Shown here: in pieces, positions 22,665 through 33,516 of the stretch | Layout of the letters: each line of letters begins with the position of its first letter | Position numbering within the stretch: the first letter of the stretch is position 1 | Source of the DNA: Candidatus Marinacidobacterales bacterium | GTDB taxonomy: Bacteria > Acidobacteriota > Vicinamibacteria > Marinacidobacterales > SMYC01 | Direction: 5' to 3' | Assembly (NCBI GenBank): GCA_965237955.1 | Contig: OZ250169.1 | Coordinates: 864,001-928,000, forward strand | Length of the DNA: 64,000 nucleotides | Translations under genes and position numbers: made by a program | The notes under the pieces: generated by a model | What the model was told of the DNA's origin: nothing | Databases searched by the model: none | What the model saw: the letters and a program-made list of their open reading frames with translations, nothing else

Positions 22665-23327
22665 CGCCTCAGACGTTTTTTATCTCGTCTAGATTAGAGA
22701 AACGTCCAGTTTCATAGAACTTTGACGTCATTTATTAAAGTATAACTTTAACTGTGAACGCTTATCTGCTAACATCTAGGGAAGATCTCAACTTGGCGAG
22801 ACCTCGACGGGATGATGAAGCGGTGCGCTACACACACTTGAATCCGGGCCTACTGGTCGGGCACTTTCGAGTGAACGAACGATTTCGGTCACTCCCCGAT
22901 GACCTCCGCCCACGCGGGCGGTGCCATTGCTGTCAAGTTGACGAAAAGCTAGCTGACCGACCCCCAAGATACTGGGCTCGAGCCCGTCGTGAACCCGCCA
23001 TGTTGAGCATCAGGAACAGCTCTCAGCCTCAACTTGGCAGTACCCTTCTTAACCAGGCGTTCATCGGCACGTCCTATCGTCGGAGGCCTGCGATAAGTGA
23101 GTTAGAAGACTCCTGCCGGGAGGGATGGAGGTTTTGTTGAAGCGTGCGGTTCCAGGCCAACCGGCTGCGCGCCAGCGAGAGCCCTCGGACGAAAACCTGC
23201 TCGACGGCCAGCTCTGTATCCAGTCCATCGCGCACGTAGCGGCTGACATCGGCCCGGAGCACACGATTCTCCTCTCGCAGGTAGTCAATCACATCCTGGT
23301 GCTGGCGATTGACCCGGACAGACAGAA

Positions 23328-23717
23328 CGGGGTTGGCCCTGCTCATGTTCCGAATCAGCTCACGTATTTCGGGAGCGACGCTTGGCCGTCCAGGTCTACG
23401 CCGTCGGCTCTTCCAAGTCCAATATCGTCTGAACCCACAACGGTGCCAACGGACGACCGTCTCAGGTTTCACGATGACGAGGACGCTCTCCCAGTCAGTC
23501 CAGATTCTGCGCAACAGCACCCAAAACTCGCGGTCGACATTCGAGAGCCGCGGCCGTTTCACCGAACGGCGGAGGACGGCGAGCTACTGCCGAAGAGCGA
23601 CATTCTCGAGAGCCAGCTCGCGACGAGCCTTGAAGGCAGAGACGAGCGCGCGAACAAACGACGAAATCATGCAGCCATCAAGTTCGGTGCGCGCGGATGA
23701 ATAAATAGAAAGGCACA
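23328..23717 (-). mobile_element. 5' part of the B-type integrase-core IS
   Basis: LALENVALRQQL...VKPETVVRWHR...GRPSVAPEIRELIRNMSRANP plus B-end. Confidence 0.8.
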
Positions 23718-24225
23718 CCGCCCTTACAAGACGAGTGAGGCACGAAAATTGCGTAGAAACAAAACCAAGACCGCTCGGAGGGATGCAACCATGAACCGCC
23801 AAATCGACAACAGTGAGGCAGAACCCGAACCCAGGGGCTCATTGGGTCTCTATCACGAGGCCCAGGCAGACGGAGTCCCTTACACGGACATCGACGAAGA
23901 AGAGCCCTTCGGTCCTCCCACGCCAGCCAAGGGTACTTTCGAGTGAACGAACGATTTCGGTCACTCGAAAGTACCGTGCAAAACCTCTTTCGCGTCGGAC
24001 GGCATTTGTTGCAAGCGCATCATCATCGGGAGCTACGAAACCGCGCTTTCATCGTCTGGCACGAGATAACGTGTGCCGCCTGACGAGAGCAAAGGAAGTC
24101 AGGTCGACGCGATGGGTTCGCTCGATCGACGTCAACTTGACAATACCGTTGTGGCTGCTGTGGTCGGCACCGCCGGCCGCACAGGATGGCAGACGGTGAA
24201 TGCCGAAATGCGCCTTTAGGGGAGC

Positions 24226-27200
24226 ATGGTGTTGAAGCATACCCAGAAACGGTGCCTGTCCCTCGGATCCCGCGGTCAGCGTCTAGTCGCCTTCGCCGTC
24301 ACGCTGTCGGCGTTGCTGTCCGGCATCGCGGCGCCGCGGGTACACGCCCAGACCACCTGGGGAGTGGAGGTGTCGCCGACCACGCTGACCATTGACGAGG
24401 GAGAATCTCTCACCTACCGCCTGAGACTGACTGAGCCACCCCGCGCCGACGGATGGTGGGTCGTGCTGCGCGTCAACGGCTCGATGCGCGCCGACGGCCG
24501 CTACAGAGGCATCAGTTGGGTGCCGTCGGTCGGCTGGGAGTTCAATCGGGACAACTGGGACACTTGGCGGGAGGTCAGGGTAACGGCGCTTCAGGATGAA
24601 GACAGATTGGATGGGTCGGTGACCTTCACCCATGACGTGTGGGATGAGAATTCCGATTGCCCGGTGAAGGGTGAGAGCCCGGTGACGGTGCGAATCATCG
24701 ACGACGACGATGACCAGGGCAGCAGCCTGCCCACCCTGTCCATCGCGGACGCCGCGGTGGACGAAGGGGGCACGGCCGAGTTCGTCGTGACGTTGACACC
24801 GGCCAGCACCGAGCCGGTGACGGTGAACTTCGAGACGGCGGACGGGACGGCCAAGGCGGACTCGGACTACACGGAGACATCGGGGACGCTGACCTTCACA
24901 GCGGGGCAAACAACGAAGACGATCTCGGTGTCGACCGTGGACGACGACGCCCAGGAGTCGGACGAACGCTTCACGGTGACCCTGCGCAACCCGGACGGGG
25001 CCACGCTGGACGACCACACCGGGGAGGGGACGATCAGGGACAACGACGACGACGACGGCGGTGGCGGTAGAACTCCAGAGCTGTCGATCGGGGACGCGGC
25101 GGTGCAAGAGGGGGGAACGGCCGAGTTCGAGGTGACGTTGAGACCGGCCAGCGAGCAGATGGTGACGGTGCGCTACCAGACGAAGAACGGGACCGCGCTG
25201 GCGGGCTCGGACTACACGGAGACATCAGGGACGCTAACTTTCACAGCAGGGCAAACAACGAAGACGATCTCGGTGTCGACCGTGGACGACGACGCCCAGG
25301 AGTCGGATGAACGCTTCACGGTGACCCTGCGCAACCCGGACGGGGCCACGCTGGACGACCACACCGGGGAGGGGACGATCAGGGACAACGACGACGACGG
25401 CGGTGGCGGCAGAACTCCAGAGCTGTCGATCGGGGACGCGGCGGTGCAAGAGGGGGGAACGGCCGAGTTCGAGGTGACGTTGAGACCGGCCAGCGAGCAG
25501 ATGGTGACGGTGCGCTACCAGACGAAGAACGGGACCGCGCTGGCGGGCTCGGACTACACAGAGACATCGGGGACGCTAACTTTCACAGCAGGGCAAACAA
25601 CGAAGACGATCTCGGTGTCGACCGTGGACGACGACGCCCAGGAGTCGGATGAACGCTTCACGGTGACCCTGCGCAACCCGGACGGGGCCACGCTGGACGA
25701 CCACACCGGGGAGGGGACGATCAGGGACAACGACGACGACGGCGGTGGCGGCAGAACTCCAGAGCTGTCGATCGGGGACGCGGCGGTGCAAGAGGGGGGA
25801 ACGGCCGAGTTCGAGGTGACGTTGAGACCGGCCAGCGAGCAGATGGTGACGGTGCGCTACCAGACGAAGAACGGGACCGCGCTGGCGGGCTCGGACTACA
25901 CGGAGACATCGGGGACGCTAACTTTCACAGCGGGGCAAACAACGAAGACGATCTCGGTGTCGACCGTGGACGACGACGCCCAGGAGTCGAACGAACGCTT
26001 CACGGTGACCCTGCGCAACCCGGATGGGGCCACGCTGGACGACCACACCGGGGAGGGGACGATCAGGGACAACGACGGCGGGGGGGGCGGTAGCCTCCCG
26101 ACCCTGTCCATCGGCAACGCTGCGCCGGTGCCCGAAGGGGGCACGGCCACGTTCCGGGTGACGTTGAGCGCGGCGAGCGAGAACGTGGTGACCGTATCAT
26201 ACAAGACGAAGGACGGGACGGCGGTTGAAGGCTCGGACTACACGATGACCGGGGGAACGCTCCGTTTCGAGCCGAGGGAGACAACGAAGACACTCCGGGT
26301 ACCGACCGTGAACGACGACACGCCGGAGGAGACCGAAGTCTTCACCGTGGAGTTGAGCGCCCCGTCGGGGGCGACGGTGGCCGACGGAACTGGGATGGGG
26401 ACGATCACAGACGAAGACGGCGGGGGCGGTAGCCTCCCGACCCTGTCCATCGGCGACGCCGCGCCGGTGCCCGAAGGGGGCACGGCCACGTTCCGGGTGA
26501 CGTTGAGCGCGGCGAGCGAGAACGTGGTGACCGTATCATACAAGACGAAGGACGGGACGGCGGTTGAAGGCTCGGACTACACGATGGCCGGGGGAACGCT
26601 CCGTTTCGAGCCGGGGGAGACAACGAAGACACTCCGGGTACCGACCGTGAACGACGACACGCCGGAGGAGATCGAAGTCTTCACCGTGGAGCTGAGCGCC
26701 CCGTCGTGGGCGACGTTGGCGGACGACACAGGAGTGGGAACGATCACCGACGACATGGAGCGCCGCATCGGGCTGGTTAACCAGACCGTCCTTCCGGAGA
26801 TAGGGCGGGCGCTGGCTTTCAGCGCTGTCAGGTGTCGCATCGATCAGGCGTTCTCGGACGCCGCCCAGGGCAGGGCGGAGGAGCCGGTTGGCCGTCTGTC
26901 GCTATCTCTCGCGCCGACCTCCGACGGGTGGGCCGCGGCGGGCACCGAACCGCTGACCCTGGAGCAGGCGCTCGGCGATTCGTCGTTCCTGATGCCGTCG
27001 AAGGAGGAAGAGGGCGGCGCGGGGCGTTTCGCGGCGTGGGGCTGCGGCGACTACCGCAACCTGGCGGGCGGCGGCGAGGACGGCGTGGTCGCTTGGAACG
27101 GCGAGGTGTTCAGCGTGCACCTCGGGACCGATGTGCGGCTTGGTTCCAACGTGCTGGCGGGGCTGTCCGTATCCTGGTCGAGGGGTTCGTTCGACTACTA

Positions 27201-28128
27201 CGCGGGCGGCAGAGACGCCGGGGGCGGCGCGTACGAGCTGCAGCTGACGGGCGTCCATCCCTACCTGGGCTGGTCGGTGTCGTCCGACCTGGACGTGTGG
27301 GGAACGGTCGGTCACTCCTGGGGAGAAATCCGGATCGTGGACGACCTCGCCGGGGATCCCCGGACGAGCGAGGCGATGCTGGACTCTGGAGCGGTAGGCG
27401 TCAGCGGTCGGCTCCTGGCGCGCGGGACGACGAGTGTGAAGCTGAAGGGAGAGGGGGCGCTGGCGCGGCTCGACGTCGCGGGCGATGGGGAGACGTTCGG
27501 GGCGGTGACGGTCGACATGCGGCGGCTGCGGCTGAGCACCGAGGCCAGCCATGAGCACGTGTTCTCCTCCGGTGGGTCGCTCACCCCGTGGGGAGAGCTA
27601 GGTGTGCGCCATGACGGCGGCGACGGAGAGACCGGCGCCGGCCTGGAAGTTGGCGGCGGCCTGCGCTACCACAATCCGGAGGCGGGGTGGACCACCGAGG
27701 GCTACGGCCGCTGGCTGGCGGTGCACGAGGGCACGATACGGGAATGGGGCTTCGGCGCGCTGCTCCGCTTCGCTCCTGGAGCGTCCGGCCACGGCCCGTC
27801 GGTGAGCCTGATGCCGGCCTGGGGCGAGACCACGAGCGGCGTGCAGCGCCTCTGGGAGCGCGGCGCCACCGACCCGACCGTGCCCAGCGCCTTGGGCACG
27901 CGCCTGGATGCGCAGCTCGGCTACGGGTTCGCTGCGTTTCGGGAGCGGGGCGTGCTGGCTCCCTTCGGAGCCGTGAGCCTGGCCCGCGAGGAAGGACGGA
28001 GCTACCGGCTGGGCGTACGGCTGGCGGTGGGCCACTCGGCCACCGTGAGCCTGGAGGCCGAACGCCGGGAGCGCACCGCCGCGCCGATGGTCTACGCGGT
28101 CATGGTGCGCGGCGACGTGCGGTTTTAG
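24226..28128 (+). CDS. Calx-beta repeat surface protein with autotransporter-type beta-barrel
   Basis: Signal peptide; six Calx-beta units (V.Y.T.DGTA.AGSDY...GTL.F..G.T.KT); C-terminal barrel ending in F. Confidence 0.9.
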   Translation: MVLKHTQKRCLSLGSRGQRLVAFAVTLSALLSGIAAPRVHAQTTWGVEVSPTTLTIDEGESLTYRLRLTEPPRADGWWVVLRVNGSMRADGRYRGISWVPSVGWEFNRDNWDTWREVRVTALQDEDRLDGSVTFTHDVWDENSDCPVKGESPVTVRIIDDDDDQGSSLPTLSIADAAVDEGGTAEFVVTLTPASTEPVTVNFETADGTAKADSDYTETSGTLTFTAGQTTKTISVSTVDDDAQESDERFTVTLRNPDGATLDDHTGEGTIRDNDDDDGGGGRTPELSIGDAAVQEGGTAEFEVTLRPASEQMVTVRYQTKNGTALAGSDYTETSGTLTFTAGQTTKTISVSTVDDDAQESDERFTVTLRNPDGATLDDHTGEGTIRDNDDDGGGGRTPELSIGDAAVQEGGTAEFEVTLRPASEQMVTVRYQTKNGTALAGSDYTETSGTLTFTAGQTTKTISVSTVDDDAQESDERFTVTLRNPDGATLDDHTGEGTIRDNDDDGGGGRTPELSIGDAAVQEGGTAEFEVTLRPASEQMVTVRYQTKNGTALAGSDYTETSGTLTFTAGQTTKTISVSTVDDDAQESNERFTVTLRNPDGATLDDHTGEGTIRDNDGGGGGSLPTLSIGNAAPVPEGGTATFRVTLSAASENVVTVSYKTKDGTAVEGSDYTMTGGTLRFEPRETTKTLRVPTVNDDTPEETEVFTVELSAPSGATVADGTGMGTITDEDGGGGSLPTLSIGDAAPVPEGGTATFRVTLSAASENVVTVSYKTKDGTAVEGSDYTMAGGTLRFEPGETTKTLRVPTVNDDTPEEIEVFTVELSAPSWATLADDTGVGTITDDMERRIGLVNQTVLPEIGRALAFSAVRCRIDQAFSDAAQGRAEEPVGRLSLSLAPTSDGWAAAGTEPLTLEQALGDSSFLMPSKEEEGGAGRFAAWGCGDYRNLAGGGEDGVVAWNGEVFSVHLGTDVRLGSNVLAGLSVSWSRGSFDYYAGGRDAGGGAYELQLTGVHPYLGWSVSSDLDVWGTVGHSWGEIRIVDDLAGDPRTSEAMLDSGAVGVSGRLLARGTTSVKLKGEGALARLDVAGDGETFGAVTVDMRRLRLSTEASHEHVFSSGGSLTPWGELGVRHDGGDGETGAGLEVGGGLRYHNPEAGWTTEGYGRWLAVHEGTIREWGFGALLRFAPGASGHGPSVSLMPAWGETTSGVQRLWERGATDPTVPSALGTRLDAQLGYGFAAFRERGVLAPFGAVSLAREEGRSYRLGVRLAVGHSATVSLEAERRERTAAPMVYAVMVRGDVRF
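24730..26755 (+). repeat. Intragenic tandem repeats, four of ~342 bp and two of ~339 bp
   Basis: Near-identical DNA units visible in the sequence and the translation. Confidence 0.9.
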
Positions 28129-28168
28129 CGGTACTTTCGAGTGAACGAACGATTTCGGTCACTCCCCG
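28125..28168 (-). repeat. Tn3-like terminal IR; copies at ~22862-22898 and a palindromic derivative at 23932-23975
   Basis: Reverse complement GGGGAGTGACCGAAATCGTTCGTTCACTCGAAAGTACCGCTAA has the GGGG...CGCTAA pattern. Confidence 0.55.
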
Positions 28169-28239
28169 ATGACCTCCGCCCACGCGGGCGGTGCCATTGC
28201 TGTCAAGTTGAGGTCTAGAGCTCGGAGCGGGCCGCTAGA

Positions 28240-28423
28240 TAATGGGGCTCGAGCAACGCGACGTACAACGAGAACACGGCCACGCGCACAGCACCGCCGT
28301 CCAGATCCCGACCCTGCAACCTCCGTAGGATGTCGAGCAGGTCGTCCCAAGTGATCGTGGAGCCGGATCCGGCGGCCCGCCGATGCTCGCACAGGCGCTG
28401 GAACAGGCGCACCAAGAAGATGC
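28240..28423 (-). pseudogene. Fragment of an N6-adenine methyltransferase (type IIG-like)
   Basis: IFLVRLFQRL...G.DLDGGAVRVAVFSLYVALLE. Confidence 0.55.
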
Positions 28424-29508
28424 GGCGTTGTTGCACCGCTCTGGCTGAGAGCGGACTCCACCTATGGCGGTGGTCGAGGTATGTTCGACCATGACGTATC
28501 CCAAGCGCAGCCAGTACAAGCACGCGAAGCAGAAGAAGTACCACGTTCGCAACTGGCCGGAATACAACGAAGGGCTGCGCCGCCGAGGCGATTTGACGGT
28601 CTGGTTTGACGAGGAGGCAATCGCGAATTGGAAGGCCGACAAAACCGGCAAGCCGGGCGGTCAACAGGTCTATTCAGACATGGCGATTGAAACGGGCCTG
28701 ATTGTCCGGATGGTGTACAAACTTGCCTACCGCCAAACCGAAGGCTTCTTGCACTCGATCGTCTCGCTTGTCGGGCTGTGCATCGAGATCCCGGACTACT
28801 CGACGTTTTGTCGCCGGTCGAGGCTGCTCCGCAAGAAGCTGCGGATTCCGAAAGCCGCAAGCAATCAACCAATCCACCTGATGATCGATAGCACGGGCTT
28901 GAGGATTCATGTTGGAACTGCCCGCAAACCGCCAAAGCGGCGCGCATGGCGCAAGTTGCACATCGCCGTCGATCGCAAGACTGGCAACATTGTTGCGTCG
29001 GAACTGACGGCGTCACGAGCTCGCGACGCAACGCGAGTCCCCGCTTTGCTAAGACAGATTCAAGCACCTCTAGCGTCGGTGGCGGCGGACAGTGCATACG
29101 ACAAGCAAGCGGTCTACGAAGCCATCGAAGCGCACGGCCCTGGACGAAGGACGCGCGTGGTGATTCCGCCGCAACGAAACGCGACGCTCAGTCGGAATTC
29201 GAACACCGCCATGCAGGAGCGCGATCGCCATATTCGTGCCATCGAAAGACACGGCCGACGAGAATGGTACAAGCTCTCAGGCTGCACCGAGCGAAGCATG
29301 GTGGAGAACGCGGTCTATCGCTACAAGGCGATCATCGGTCCCGAGATGCGGGCTCGAACGTTGGCGAGGCAGCGAGTTGAACACCGAATTGGATGCGAGA
29401 TCCTCAACAAGATGACCGCGCTCGGGATGCCTGATACATACTGCGCCGGGTGAAACTGCGACCGGCGCAGAGGGCTCAGCGATTTGCTCCGGGCCGTGCA
29501 ACAACGCC
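28424..29508 (+). mobile_element. IS5 type A, complete diverged copy
   Basis: Both IRs GGCGTTGTTGCAC; 329-aa ORF with IDSTGL, ADSAYD, RS.VE motifs; no TSD. Confidence 0.92.
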
Positions 29509-29720
29509 GACCTTTGGGGCAGCTCCGCCAAGCTCGCTCTCGCGTATCTTCATGCGCCGCGTTCTCTTGCACGAACGCCAGTGCCGGACCCATGGCGGGC
29601 TTTCGGCCGCAACCCGGCGCGCTCTGGCTGCCATGGCGAACGAGACACCAAGCAACGCCGCTCCCGCAGGGTCCGTTTCTGCCGGCACCCATCTCGTCCG
29701 CGAGTGGAATGGCCGGACCT

Positions 29721-31148
29721 CGTCCTGTGCCAAAACTCGGCCCTTTTGAAATAGGCCATAAATCAGCAGCTTAGTGTCTGTGTTTGCGCCGGGGCTAAGG
29801 GCCGTAGGCTTTACAATCGTCTGGCCCGAGGGTGTTATCTTCAGCTCCATGATGACGTACCACGTGCAATTCCTACTGCTCGTTCTAGCTGGCTGGGTCA
29901 ACCGCCAGCAGCAGGATGTGATCGACTACCAGCAAGAGGAGAACCGTGTGCTCCGAGCCGGGCTTCGGGGCAAGCGTCTCAAGCTCTCTGACGACGACCG
30001 TCGTAGGCTCGCGGTCAAGGCCCAGGCTTTGGGCCGCGAGGCGCTGGCCCAGATTGCGTCCGTTGCCACACCCGCTACGCTTCTGCGTTGGTACCGCTGC
30101 CTCATCGCAGCCAAGTACGATGGCAGCAAGAACCGGAGTCCAGGCCGACCTCCGACGGCGAAGGACATCCGTGAGCTCATTGTGCGCGTGGCGCGGGAGA
30201 ACCCGACGTGGGGATATACGCGCCTGCGAGGCGCACTCAAGAACCTAGGACATGAACTCGGACGCAACACTATCAAGAGGATCCTCGCCGAGCACGGTAT
30301 CGCTCCTGCGCCGGAGCGGGGCAGGAGCATGTCGTGGAGCACCTTCATCAAGGCTCATTGGGGCGCCATCGCTGCGACAGACCTGTTCACCGTCGAGGTT
30401 GTGAACCCGTTCGGGCTCGTCCGCTACCATGTCCTGTTTGTCATCGATATCGCCACTCGCTGCGTGTGCATCGGTGGGATAACGTCGGACCCCAACGGGG
30501 AGTGGATGAAGCAGGTGGCAAGAAATCTCACTGACATGTGGGATGGTTTCCTCCTTGGCAAGCGATACCTCATCCACGACCGGGACCCACTATTCACCGA
30601 GGCGGTACGTGGGCTGTTGAGAGATTCAGGCGTGAAGCCCCTTCGCCTTCCCGCTAATAGTCCGAATCTGAACGCATATGCGGAAAGATTCGTTCTCTCC
30701 ATACGTCGAGAGTGTCTCGACCGCTTCGTACCTCTCAGTGAGCGACACCTGCGCACAGCGGTAACCGAATACGTAGTGCACTATCACACAGAACGGAACC
30801 ACCAAGGTCTCGGCAACGAGCTCCTCACACCTCTGCCGGCAAGCGCGAATGACGCTGGCCCCATCGTGTCGCGAGAGCGACTTGGGGGCATTCTCAACTA
30901 CTACTGCCGTGACGCGTAGATGGTCGCCGGCGACGGTAGCCCCTCGGCGGGCTCGACCGGCGTAGCGTGGAAACAGCTTCAGGAACACGCTTCGATATCC
31001 GCTCTCGACTAGGAGGTCATCTGCATGGTGACGACCCGCCCGCCCAAGACGATTGTAAAGCCCACGGCCCTTGGCCCGGTCGCAAACACAGACACTAAGT
31101 TGCTGATTTATGGCCTATTTCAAAAGGGCCGAGTTTTGGCACAGGACG
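29721..31148 (+). mobile_element. Intact integrase-core (rve, IS481/ISNCY-like) IS with ~100-bp TIRs; transposase 29849-30919
   Basis: DDE motifs ATDLF / HDRD / YAERF; 29721-29823 is an imperfect inverted repeat of ~31046-31148. Confidence 0.88.
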
Positions 31149-31222
31149 GCCTACAACCAGGATGCTTTGGTGGTCTTCATGTAGGACGTTTTAAGAGCCG
31201 GCGTCGGCTCTACTCAGGGGTA

Positions 31223-31363
31223 GGTGCTTCCGCCATCAAGTGATGGAATGGACTCCTCCGCTGACATAGACGGCATCGATGTGCCAAAGTCAGTCGAATA
31301 CGCATCGAAAAGGAGGAGTCCGAATGAAAGATACGACGATCGCTGTGGATCTTGCAAAGAACG
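31223..31363 (+). mobile_element. IS110 left end fragment with the same upstream flank as the 12953 copy
   Basis: Matches 12953-13093; cut by an A-end. Confidence 0.85.
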
Positions 31364-31684
31364 CGTCCCTGTGCCAAAACTCGGCCCTTTTGAAATAGAC
31401 CATAAATCAGCAGCTCAGTGTCTGTATTTGCGACCGGACCAAGGGCCGTAGGCTTTACAATCGTCTGGCCCGAGGGTGTTATCTTCAGGTCCATGATGAC
31501 GTACCACGTGCAATTCCTACTGCTCGTTCTAGCTGGCTGGGTCAACCGCCAGCAGCAGGATGTGATCGACTACCAGCAAGAGGAGAACCGTGTGCTCCGA
31601 GCCGGGCTTCGGGGCAAGCGTCTCAGTCTCTCGGACGACGACCGGCGCAGGCTCGCGGTCAAGGCCCAGGCTTTGGGCCGCGAG
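31364..31684 (+). mobile_element. A-type IS 5' fragment
   Basis: Left TIR plus [10 protein letters not shown]...; interrupted by IS256. Confidence 0.9.
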
Positions 31685-32647
31685 GGGGGATGTCCCGCCG
31701 GATGTTGAATTTGGGGTAGCGGCGGCTCCTTGGCCGGCCTAAGAATAGGTCTGCCAATAAACCGTCTCCAGAGGGGGACAAGGAGCCACCAAGGCCTAGG
31801 AAATCAAAGAAGCCAGTAAGAAAGCAAACGCACTCGCCTACGGGCAAGGTAGTTGGCCAAGTCGGTCAGATACTGCTACCGATGATAGCTGGGATCGCGG
31901 CCACGAAGGCGGATCTGACGGAATGGGTGTACGAGCAAGGACTGACAGCTCTGCACCTACTGCTCAGAGAGGACGCCGAGGAGATCGCGGGGCTCAAGGG
32001 CAAGCACGAGAAGGAGCGAACTCATAACCACTGGGGGAGCACGAACGGAGAGCTGAGCTTCGGTGGTCGTCGCATCCAAGTGTCGCGACCTCGAGTTCGC
32101 TCGAAGTCGGGCGAGGAGGCGTCGCTTCCACACTTCGAAGCCTTCCGCGAAGAAGACCCGCTTCCAGAGCGAGTGTTGAATCAGATCTTGGTGGGGGTAT
32201 CGACCCGAAATTACGAATCGAGTCTGGACAAACCCGCGGCCAAGTTGAAGTCTCGTGGCACGAGTAAGAGTGCCGCCAGCCGTCACCTCGTGAGCCAGAC
32301 GACTAAGAAGCTCGAGGAATACCTGTCTCGGCGGCTAGAGGAGTTCGAGCTTGCGGCACTGATGCTGGATGGCCTTGAGGTGGCCGGACAGACCGTCGTC
32401 GTAACTCTCGGTATCACAATAGATGGAACGAAGGTGCCCCTGGGTATATGGCTGGGCTCGACGGAGAACTCTCGGGTGTGCACCGCGATGTTGCAGGACC
32501 TTCTCGAGCGAGGCTTGCGCGTCGATGAGTCGATTCTCTGCGTAGTGGACGGGGGCAAAGGCATCCGCAAGGCACTCGTCGACGTTTTTGGGGACCTCGC
32601 GGTCATCCAAAGGTACCAGATCCATAAACTCCGAAATCTTCGCTCGT
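31685..32647 (+). mobile_element. IS256-family transposase, truncated
   Basis: RPRVRS, GVSTRNY, LMLDG, VVDGGKGIRKA..DVFG, QRYQIHK.RN; cut by an A-end. Confidence 0.85.
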
Positions 32648-33027
32648 CGTCCTGTGCCAAAACTCGGCCCTTTCGAAATAGACCATAAATCAGCAGCTTA
32701 GCGACTGGGCCAAAGGCCCTTAGGCTCTACAGTTACCCAAAACTCGCGGTCGACGTTCGAGAGCCGCGGCCGTTTCACCGAACGGCGGAGGACGGCGAGC
32801 TGCTGCCGAAGAGCGACATTGTCGAGAGCCAGCTCGCGACGAGCCTTGAAGGCGGAGATGAGAGCGCGAACAAACGACGAAATCAAGCAGGCATGGTGCC
32901 GGCAGACCGGAGACTAATCAAGTTTGGGGCGCCCGGATGAATAAATAGAAGGCACAGGCCCTTGGCCCAGTCGCTAAGCTGCTGATTTATGGTCTATTTC
33001 GAAAGGGCCGAGTTTTGGCACAGGACG

Positions 33028-33447
33028 GGAGACGGACATTGAGCATATCGTCGCACGCTCCGAGGCGCACGACAGTGGGCTCTGTGCGGCGGATGAGGCA
33101 ACTCGACGACGCTTTGCAACAGATCTGCTGAATCTGACGCTGGCAAGTCCCGGCGTGAACCGGAACCAGAAGCGTGCTCGCGACGCCGCGGAGTGGCTAC
33201 CGGACCGGAACCGGTGCTGGTTTGCGGACCGTAGCCTTGCGGTCCGCCGAAAGTACGGTCTGACGATAGACCAACGGGAGGCAGACGCCCTTGAGGGCGT
33301 ATTGTCTGGCTGCCAGTCGACCGACTTGGTCGTGTTGGCCCACGGCGTCTCACCAGTCGCTCAGGACATCACCTCGACGGCCGCCGATGTGCATGAGATG
33401 CTTGTTCAGTGGGACGACAACGACGACGGCCGTATCACGTGTGCCGA
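33028..33447 (+). pseudogene. DUF1524/HNH-type nuclease fragment with EF-hand-like tail
   Basis: DIEHIVARSEAHDSG...FATDLLNLTLASPGVNRNQK..RDAAEWLP; WDDNDDGRITC; bounded by two A-ends. Confidence 0.7.
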
Positions 33448-33516
33448 CAGACACTAAGCTGCTGATTTATGGGGCTATTTCAAAAGGGCCGAGTTTTGGC
33501 ACAGGACGGGAACGCC

